From NCBI GenBank assembly GCA_963816215.1, contig CAWFKB010000007.1:89202-153201 (forward strand): a stretch of 64,000 nt of DNA, read 5' to 3'. A program made the position numbers and the translations under genes. Below the pieces are notes generated by a model. That model did no database searches and had not been told where the DNA came from. It worked only from the letters and a program-made list of their open reading frames with translations. Of the stretch, positions 57,042 through 64,000 are shown one piece after another. Every line of letters starts with the position of its first letter. Position 1 is the stretch's first letter. This stretch comes from an uncultured Chloroflexia bacterium (GTDB lineage: Bacteria > Chloroflexota > Limnocylindria > QHBO01).

Positions 57042-57871
57042 GCACGGACAATGACGCCGTGACATCCGACGTCGTGCTCCGGGACATCGACGCCGGCTAC
57101 GGCGAAACGGTCGCGCTCGAGCACATCAGCCTCGACGTCCCCGCCGGATCGCTGGTGGCGGTGGTCGGCCCGAACGGAGCCGGAAAGAGCACCCTCCTCA
57201 AGCTGATCGCGGGCCTGCTCAAGCCGTGGAGCGGTGACATCACGGTGCTCGGTGCCGTCCCCGGCGAACACGCCCATCGGGTGGCCTACGTCCCCCAGGC
57301 CGAGATGGTCGACTGGGCGTTCCCGGTCACGGTTTCGCAGGTCGTGATGATGGGTCGATATCCGCTCCTCGGCCCGTGGCACAGGCCCGGACGAGAGGAC
57401 ACTGCAGCCACGGAGCGCGCGCTTGACCGGATGGGCATGCAGGGCCTCCGCGACCGCCAGATTGGAGCGCTGTCAGGAGGGCAGCGGCGGCGGGTGTTCC
57501 TGGCCCGCGCCATGGCGGCCGATGCCCAGCTGTTCCTCCTTGACGAGCCGGTCACCGCCATCGACCCGGTGACCCAGGACGACATCATGGACGTGCTCGG
57601 GGAGGAGGCGGCCGCGGGGCGAACCGTGATCGCGAGCACCCACGACCTGGCCTGCGCCGCGGAGTGCTTCCAGCGGGTGGTGGCCGTGAATCGGACCATC
57701 GTCGCCGACGGCCCATCGTCCATTGCCCTCGACGCGGAGGTCCTGGCCCGCGCCTACGGCGGCCACCTGCTCCGCCTGGAAGGCGGGCGCGTGCTCGTCG
57801 ACGACGCCCACCATCACGACGAGCCGCCGGCCCACGAGCGCCACTTCCACGAAGGCGGTCGCGAGTCGTGA
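57038..57871 (+). CDS. znuC: Metal ABC transporter ATP-binding protein
   Basis: Walker A GPNGAGKST, signature LSGGQRRR, Walker B LFLLDEP. ATG overlaps the znuA stop (ATGA). Confidence 0.8.
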   Translation: MSTDNDAVTSDVVLRDIDAGYGETVALEHISLDVPAGSLVAVVGPNGAGKSTLLKLIAGLLKPWSGDITVLGAVPGEHAHRVAYVPQAEMVDWAFPVTVSQVVMMGRYPLLGPWHRPGREDTAATERALDRMGMQGLRDRQIGALSGGQRRRVFLARAMAADAQLFLLDEPVTAIDPVTQDDIMDVLGEEAAAGRTVIASTHDLACAAECFQRVVAVNRTIVADGPSSIALDAEVLARAYGGHLLRLEGGRVLVDDAHHHDEPPAHERHFHEGGRES

Positions 57872-58728
57872 TCGATCTCATCCTGAGCCCGCTCGGCTAC
57901 GACATCTTCCTGCGCTCGCTGTTGGCGGTGGTCATGGTCGGCATCGTGTGCGCGGTCGTGGGCACATACGTCGTGCTCAAAGGCCTGGCATTCATCGGTG
58001 ACGCGATCAGCCACGCCGCTTTCCCCGGGGTGGTGGCTGCATACATCCTCGGTGGGTCGTACTTCATCGGGGCGGCCGTCGCCGCGGTCTCCACGGCCCT
58101 CGCGACTCGGTACATCACCCGTCGCGGAGATCTCCGCTCCGACACCTCGATCGGGGTTCTGTTCGCCGGCATGTTCGCACTCGGGATCTTCATGTTCAGC
58201 ACGATCCGAGGCTACGTCGGGGACCTGTTCGCATTCTTGGTGGGCAACGTATTGGCGATCAGTCCCACCGACCTGGTAGCCCTCGTCCTGCTGGCCACCG
58301 CCACCCTGGCCATCGTGGCCATCCTCTGGAAGGAGCTGCTGTACGCCACGTTCGATCCCCTGGGAGCCGCCGCCTCGGGCCTGAAGGTCGAGGCGCTGGA
58401 GTACCTCTTCCTGGCGCTGGTGGCGATGACTATCGTCATCAGCCTCCAGGCCGTCGGCATCATCCTGGTGGTGGCCATGCTCGTCACCCCGCCAGCCGCC
58501 GCGCAATTGCTGACCGTGCGCTTCGGGCGGCTGGTCGGCCTGGCGATCGCGATCAGTGTCCTGTCATCGGTCGTTGGCCTCTACCTCAGCTTCTGGCTCG
58601 ACGTCGCGAGCGGGGCCACCATCGTCCTCACCCAGACCGTGGTCTTCCTGCTGGCTCTATTCCTCGGACCGCGTCGCGGCCTGCTGTCGCGGCGCCAGCC
58701 TGCCGCCCAGGCCCTGGTCGCGGAATGA
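57868..58728 (+). CDS. znuB: Metal ABC transporter permease
   Basis: Multi-TM ZnuB/MntB-like. GTG overlaps the znuC stop (GTGA). Confidence 0.8.
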   Translation: MIDLILSPLGYDIFLRSLLAVVMVGIVCAVVGTYVVLKGLAFIGDAISHAAFPGVVAAYILGGSYFIGAAVAAVSTALATRYITRRGDLRSDTSIGVLFAGMFALGIFMFSTIRGYVGDLFAFLVGNVLAISPTDLVALVLLATATLAIVAILWKELLYATFDPLGAAASGLKVEALEYLFLALVAMTIVISLQAVGIILVVAMLVTPPAAAQLLTVRFGRLVGLAIAISVLSSVVGLYLSFWLDVASGATIVLTQTVVFLLALFLGPRRGLLSRRQPAAQALVAE

Positions 58729-59174
58729 CCGCCACCGCCGCCCGCCGGCTCCGCAAGGCAGGCCACCGCGTCACCAGCCAGCGCCTCGCGGTGGCCGACG
58801 CCCTGGCCGCCGTGCCCCGCCAGGTCACGGCGCAGGAACTCTGGGAAGGCATGCGCCCTCGATACCCGGCCATCGGCCGGGCGACCGTCTTCCGCACGCT
58901 CGAGGCCCTCAGCGAGGCCGGCCTGGCCCGGCGCCTCGAGCGGGACGGGCACGTGTACGCGTACGTCGCCTGCCGCCCGGCGCATCACCATCACCTGTCG
59001 TGCCGGGTGTGCGGCACCGTGACCGAGGTGGGCGAGGAGCTGGTGGCGGACCTCAGCCGTCGGGCACGGCAGGACCTCGGCTTCCAGATCGAAGACGCGA
59101 GGCTGGACTTCTATGGCGTGTGCCGCGCCTGCGCGGCAGCCGGCCTGGCGTCGAGAGCGAGCCCTAGGGGCTGA
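58725..59174 (+). CDS. zur: Fur-family regulator, Zur-like
   Basis: Fur fold with HHHHLSCRVCG...CRAC metal sites. ATG overlaps the znuB stop. Confidence 0.8.
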   Translation: MTATAARRLRKAGHRVTSQRLAVADALAAVPRQVTAQELWEGMRPRYPAIGRATVFRTLEALSEAGLARRLERDGHVYAYVACRPAHHHHLSCRVCGTVTEVGEELVADLSRRARQDLGFQIEDARLDFYGVCRACAAAGLASRASPRG

Positions 59175-60270
59175 CCCGGCCCGTCGCGACCTCGCGCATG
59201 GCGTCGGGGTCGCCGGCACCCGGGCCTACCCCATCGGTCTCGCCGGAGCCGGAGCGGCCGAGGTTGCGCGGCGGTCGCGGCTTGCGCTTGGCGTACCCCG
59301 TGGGATGGGACAGCTTCCAGGCCCATGCGTCGGCCAGCATCTGCTCCAGCGACGATTCGCGCGGGCTCCAGCCCAGGTCTCGACGGGCGCGGCGGGAGGA
59401 GGCCACCAGGCGCGGCGGGTCGCCCACCCGTCGACGGACGACGCGGGCCGGGATCGCTCGACCGGTGACCTTGCGGGCGGCCTCGATCACCTCGCGGACG
59501 GAGAATCCGGCCGCGGAACCGAGGTTGTAGACCTCGAACGAGGGCTCCGCCTCGCCGGTGGCCTCGAGGGCCAGCAGGTGGGCGGTGGCCAGGTCGCGGA
59601 CGTGGATGAAGTCCCGAATGCAGGTCCCGTCGGGGGTGTTGTAGTCCTGGCCGAAGATCCGGACGTCGGGATGCTCACCGGCGGCGACCTTGAGGATGAG
59701 CGGGATGATGTGCGTCTCCGGGTCGTGGTCCTCCCCGTTGCGCTCGGTGGCGCCGGCCACGTTGAAGTAGCGCAGGCTGATCGCCCGGAAGCCGTGGCAC
59801 GCCGCGTACCAGCGCATGGCGCCCTCGAACGCGAGCTTCGTCTCGCCGTACGGGTTGATCGGCTCGGTCCGGTCCGCCTCGGCGATGGGGACCCGCTTGG
59901 GCTCTCCGTACACCGCGGCGGTGGACGAGAACACGATCCGGGGCACCCGACGCTCGCGGAGTGCCTCGAGCAGCTTCACGCCGTTGCTGACGTTCTCGCG
60001 GTAGTACAGCTCCGGGTGCTCCATGGACTCGCTGACCAGGGAGCGAGCGGCGCAGTGGAGGACGGCCTGGATACGGTGCTCGCGAAGGACGCGCTCGACC
60101 CGGTTCTGATCGCTCAGGCTGCCCACCACCAGTCGCGCGCCGCGGACGACCGCGTCGCGGTGGCCGGTCTTCAGGTTGTCGTAGACGGTGACGTCATGGC
60201 CGGCGTCGATGAAGGTCTCGACGCTCGTCGAGCCCACGTATCCGGCGCCACCGACAACCAGGATCCGCAC
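59164..60270 (-). CDS. galE: UDP-glucose 4-epimerase
   Basis: VVGGAGYVGS Rossmann motif, catalytic YGETK, full-length NAD-dependent epimerase. Confidence 0.85.
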   Translation of the reverse strand: MRILVVGGAGYVGSTSVETFIDAGHDVTVYDNLKTGHRDAVVRGARLVVGSLSDQNRVERVLREHRIQAVLHCAARSLVSESMEHPELYYRENVSNGVKLLEALRERRVPRIVFSSTAAVYGEPKRVPIAEADRTEPINPYGETKLAFEGAMRWYAACHGFRAISLRYFNVAGATERNGEDHDPETHIIPLILKVAAGEHPDVRIFGQDYNTPDGTCIRDFIHVRDLATAHLLALEATGEAEPSFEVYNLGSAAGFSVREVIEAARKVTGRAIPARVVRRRVGDPPRLVASSRRARRDLGWSPRESSLEQMLADAWAWKLSHPTGYAKRKPRPPRNLGRSGSGETDGVGPGAGDPDAMREVATGRVSP

Positions 60271-60456
60271 GCAACCAACCTACTCGGCAGACCGAGGTGA
60301 CCGAAGCACGGGCGTGTCAACCCGTGGGGCACTGACACTCATGCGGGGAAGGGCTCCTCCGATGGGTCCGGGTCGCCGATTGTAGCAGCGGGTCGAGCGC
60401 ATTCCGATGGGGGCAGCCGGCCCGGTGGTGCGTCGGCGCACCACCGGCGAGGGTCG

Positions 60457-61813
60457 TCAGTCCTTGTTCGCGGCGAGGCGGTCCCGGGCGAGGGACAGCA
60501 GCGCGTCCCGCTCGTTGACCGATGGATCGTCCAGGGCCGCCTGGAGCAGGTCTTCGAGCAGCTGGCCGACCTGGGGTCCTGGCGCGAGGCCAAGCTCGCG
60601 CATGAGGTCCTCGCCGTTGACCGCCAAGCCACGGACCGACAAGACCGCGCCGGGTCGGAGAGCCGCGATCCGGTTCTCCAGCTCGTCGGCGGGGGCGTCG
60701 CCCGCCTCGGGGCCGGCCGATGCGGCCGTGTCCGCGCGACGGAGGGCCAGCACGTCGGCGAGCGGCTGCCCGGGACCGATGCGCTTGATGAACCGCCGCA
60801 CGGCGGCATCGGTCCATTCGGGGCCGTACTGGATGAGGTGGTGCCGGACGAGGTGCCGGACGCGTTCCACGTCGGCGCGTGAGAACGCGAGGTCTCGCAT
60901 CCGGGCCTCGACCAGGACGGCGCCCTCCGACTCGTGACCGATGAAGTGGCCATCCGCCGCGGTGGGCGCCTTGCCCACGTCGTGCAGGAGCCCGGCCAGG
61001 CGAAGGATCGGGTCCGCCGCCGGCAGGGCATCCACCGTCCGCAGCGAGTGGTCCAGTGCGTCGCCGGCCAGTGCCTTGCCCTGGGCAATGCCGCGCAGCG
61101 CGGCGAGCTCGGGGAGAACCACGGCCAGCAGCCGGAGACGCTCCAGGAGCGCGAAACCGCGCGAGGGGACCGGCACCGCCAGCAGGCGGACGAGCTCGTC
61201 GCGCACCCGTTCACCGGAGAGCCGTTCCGCGGAGGGGGCCAGCCGGCGGATGGCGGCTTCGGTGGGCGGGTCGATGGTCAGATCCAGGGTCGTCGCGAAC
61301 CGCGCGGCGCGCAGGAGGCGCAGCGCGTCCTCGGCGAATCGCTCCTCGGGATCTCCCACCGCGCGGAGAACGCCGGCCGCCAGGTCCGCCTGTCCCCCGT
61401 ACGGGTCGACCAGGTGCCCGCGCCGCGCCTCCAGGTCATCGGGAACCCAGGCCATGGCGTTGATCGTGAAGTCGCGCCGCGCGAGGTCATCGGTCAGGCT
61501 GGAGCCCCAGATGACCTCGTCGGGATGGCGCCGGTCGCGGTAGCCGCCCTCGGATCGGTAGGTCGTGATCTCGACGGCCATGTCGTCGGAGCGGACGGTC
61601 ACCGTCCCGAACGGGTTGGCCCAGGTGGAATCGGGGAAGAGCGCGGCGACGACCTCCGGGTGGGCAGAGGTCGCCACGTCCCAGTCACGGGCGGCTCCCC
61701 CCGCGGACCAGGTCGCGAACGCAGCCACCGACAAGGGCGGCCTCGTGGCCATCCGAGTTGAGGACCCGAAGGATCCGAGCGACGTCTCCCGGGAGTTGGA
61801 GGAACGGTTCCAC
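60457..61813 (-). CDS. cca: CCA-adding enzyme / tRNA nucleotidyltransferase (Pol-beta NTase + HD domain), with one apparent frameshift
   Basis: The N-terminus from GTG 61813 (ILRVLNSDGHEAALVGGCVRDLVRGG) then hits a stop. RDWDVATSAHPEVVAALF... and the HD domain (LHDVGK) continue in the next frame. The shift lies at a C6 run at 61696-61701. Confidence 0.7.
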
Positions 61814-61861
61814 CTCCGGATCGTGCGCCTCGAGGACGAGACTGCGCAACGCGAGCGACGC

Positions 61862-61890
61862 TTGACAGGTATCGGAATCCGTCGTAGTAC
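61862..61890 (+). promoter_or_regulatory. Candidate promoter TTGACA-N17-TAGTAC in the cca/protease divergent intergenic region
   Basis: Perfect -35 hexamer at 61862-61867 and a weak -10 at 61885-61890, about 110 nt upstream of the protease GTG. Confidence 0.25.
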
Positions 61891-62002
61891 GGCTCCCTCG
61901 ATTGGCCGGGGCGCGCGGCCGTTCACACCGTACCTGAAGGGGAGTGGCATCCGACAGATTGCAACGGGGCGTAGTTCCTCGAGCATCTGCCGAAGCCGTG
62001 CA

Positions 62003-64000
62003 GTGTCCGTGCGGCAACGTTCGCTTGTTTTCGTGTCCGCGGTCGCGGTGACCGTGGTCGGGTTCTGGGTCCCGCTGGGCGCTCCCGGCGCAGTCATGGC
62101 CGGAGGACCTCCCCTCGTCCAGGGGCAACCCTCAGGGCTATCGATTCCGCAAACGGTCCCCAACGGGAGGACCTTGCTGCCGAGTCCTGAGGCACCGCCG
62201 CCTGCCGAAAGGACTGGTCGGATTCTCGTCCAGCGTCGAGCGGGCATTGCCTTGAGTGCCTACAGCGCGCTGCTTGGACGAAATGGGGTCACGCCCGCAG
62301 CACCCCCGCGCACCAGCGGCCGCTGGTCGGTGGTGATTCCCGCCAACGGGGACGTAGATACGGCTCTGACCGCGCTTCGCCACGACCAGGAGGTGGCCTG
62401 GGCGGAGCCCGAATATCGACGGCAGCCATCGGTCAACCCGGTAAGCGAGCCCTTTTTCGGGGACGAGTGGGGACTCCACAACACCGGACAGGTGGTCGGG
62501 AACTTCGACGGAGCCCCGAATGTCGATATGAACCTGCCCGAGGCGTGGCAGATCGGACTAGGCAGCTCGTCCATCGTCGTGGCTGTGATCGACACCGGGG
62601 TCGACTTCACGAACCCCGACCTCGTCGGGACTGCCTGGACCAACCCGGGTGAGTCGGGGAACGGCAAGGAGACCAACGATTTCGACGACGACGGAAACGG
62701 ATACAAGGACGACGTCCACGGTTGGGACTTCTGCCACAACGACAACAGCGTATTCGAGGTCGAGGACGGTTGGCACGGAACCGCCATGGCGAGCGTCATT
62801 GCCGCTCAAGCGAACGGATTGGGGATCGCCGGTGTGGCGCCGGGCGTCCGGATCATGGCGCTCAAATTCCTCGACCAATCCGGCACCAGCTGTGGAATGG
62901 TTGGTGACGAGATCGCGGCGATTGAATATGCCGCGGCAATGGGCGCGCAAATTGCGAACGCGTCGTTTAGTGGGTCAGCCTCCAACCAGGCTGAGCACGA
63001 CGCGATTGCCGATGCGCAGGCGGCAGGAATGCTCGTAGTCGCCTCAGCGGGCAATTCGTCAGCCGACCTCGACACCACGCCGGTCTACCCTGCCGCCTAC
63101 GACCTGGACAACATCGTGTCCGTCGCATCGGTAAGCAATGAGGGCTTGATCTCCGAGGACTGCGGCGGCGTGGGGTCCTGCTCCAACTACGGCGCCACGA
63201 CCGTCGACCTCGCCGCACCGGGCGAGGCCGTCATGGTGGCCGCAACCGTGGATACGGCCGGGAACTACATCTGGGGGACCGTTTCGGGGACCTCGCCGGC
63301 CGCCGCGAACTGTCTCCGGCGTAGCCGCGCTTGTCGCGTCAAACCGCTCCGACCTCCAAGGATGGGAGCTTCTGAAGCAGACCCTTATGGCCACAGGGAA
63401 GCCAGTTCCGTGGTTGCGCGGGCTCACCGTCACCGGGCGAATGCCGGATGCGCGCGCCGCGTTGGTCGCATCCCCAGATATCGTCCGGCTCAGCGGCGCG
63501 AACAGGTACTCGACGGCAGCAGCAATCTCCGCTGCGACCTACTTCCGGTACCCGCCGTTCGTCTTCATCGCGACCGGGGCGACCTATCCCGACGCGCTCA
63601 GTGGTGGGGCGCCGGCAGCGCAGTTCGGCCTCCCTCTGCTGCTTGCTCAGAAGACGGGCATTCCCGCCCCAACGGCGGCCGAGCTCGTCCGCCTGCGGCC
63701 GCTCAACATCGCGGTCCTTGGCGGAGCAGGAGTCATTCCCGATGCCGTCGGCGTGCAGTTCTACAACTACGTCCCAGACGATGGAGTGGTGGTCCGGGTA
63801 TCCGGTCCCGACCGATACAGCACCTCGGCAGCTGTCTCGCTCTTCTCCTACGACCCGGGCGTGGACACGGTGTTCATCGCCACCGGGACGAATTTCCCTG
63901 ACGCCCTCGGCGCGGCGCCGCCTTCGGCGTTCGGCTTCGGTCCCCTGCTGCTGGTCACCCCAACCTCGATCCCATCGGTCATCGCCTACGAGCTCGCTCG
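62003..64000 (+). CDS. Secreted subtilisin-like (S8) serine protease with C-terminal cell-wall-binding (CW_binding_2-type) repeats. It runs off the window end and has one apparent frameshift.
   Basis: Signal peptide after the GTG start. Catalytic D (VAVIDTGVD), H (HGTAMAS), S (GTSPAAA). A frameshift lies near 63311. Downstream are three repeats of RLSGANRYSTAAAIS...FPDALSG type. No stop before 64000. Confidence 0.7.

Noticed and set aside
60457-62247. Long N-terminal extension of the cca ORF (596 aa in the ORF track), and the extension of the S8 protease ORF back to 61565
   Set aside because: The extensions are junk-like and arise because the real N-termini are in another frame (homopolymer frameshift). 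The true starts are placed at 61813 and about 62003.
1-64000. CRISPR arrays, transposases, integrases, prophage genes, toxin-antitoxin pairs
   Set aside because: None seen. No direct-repeat arrays, no DDE or tyrosine recombinase signatures. The low-complexity repeats found (TPTPAPTP, EGEEGAEG, PPDEFG) are in-frame coding repeats.

Overview
This is a chromosomal segment of about 70% GC from a Gram-positive, actinobacterium-like genome. The taxonomic call rests on several features: lipid II amidation genes murT/gatD, a PASTA-domain Ser/Thr kinase, a Lys/Ala-rich tail on endonuclease III, a close GpgS homolog, and Ku. Genes are densely packed on both strands, with frequent start/stop overlaps (ATGA/GTGA). 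I support about 58 protein-coding genes, tRNA-Glu(TTC) and tRNA-Thr(CGT). I found no transposase or integrase, no CRISPR array and no obvious prophage.

Main contents, in order:
- An M23 peptidase and a lipoprotein.
- A DNA-binding HTH-4xGAF-GGDEF diguanylate cyclase.
- A WYL regulator, then an operon of methyltransferase, hypothetical protein, OsmC, Ku and a ligase-like protein with its catalytic lysine substituted.
- A fused APH-type kinase/class-III aminotransferase; a bona fide ATP-dependent DNA ligase.
- galU; a pknB-like kinase; trxA; folC and a folP-folB fusion.
- An HtrA/histidine kinase/response regulator module; bL25.
- An ABC permease pair with no ATPase or binding protein, plus an RCK K+ channel.
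- A gamma-glutamylation-type amine catabolic cluster: APC permease, glutamine-synthetase-like ligase, SDR, aldehyde dehydrogenase, and a PuuD-like hydrolase nearby.
- murT/gatD.
- A second operon of permease, LicA-like kinase and dimethylglycine-dehydrogenase-like oxidase.
- A phosphoribulokinase (PRK) + RuBisCO large subunit pair with no small subunit, next to tRNA-Thr.
- A roughly 7-kb co-directional array: DEAD-box helicase, a second lysine-less ligase-like protein, a glycosyltransferase, a Usp-GpgS fusion, glycerate kinase and nth.
- znuACB-zur; galE; cca.
- A secreted S8 protease with cell-wall-binding repeats that runs off the window end.

Important caveat: at least eight conserved genes (folP, murT twice, gatD, a DMGDH-like gene, znuA, cca and the S8 protease) contain an apparent one-base frameshift, mostly at short homopolymers. 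This points to indel errors in the assembly rather than pseudogenes. Gene boundaries and any single-gene absence calls should be read with that in mind.

Most interesting: the two paralogous ligase-like proteins that have lost the motif-I lysine (one coupled to Ku and next to a WYL regulator, the other coupled to a DEAD-box helicase/nth/GpgS array); the PRK-RuBisCO pair without rbcS; and the repeated choline/ethanolamine and amine catabolism theme.
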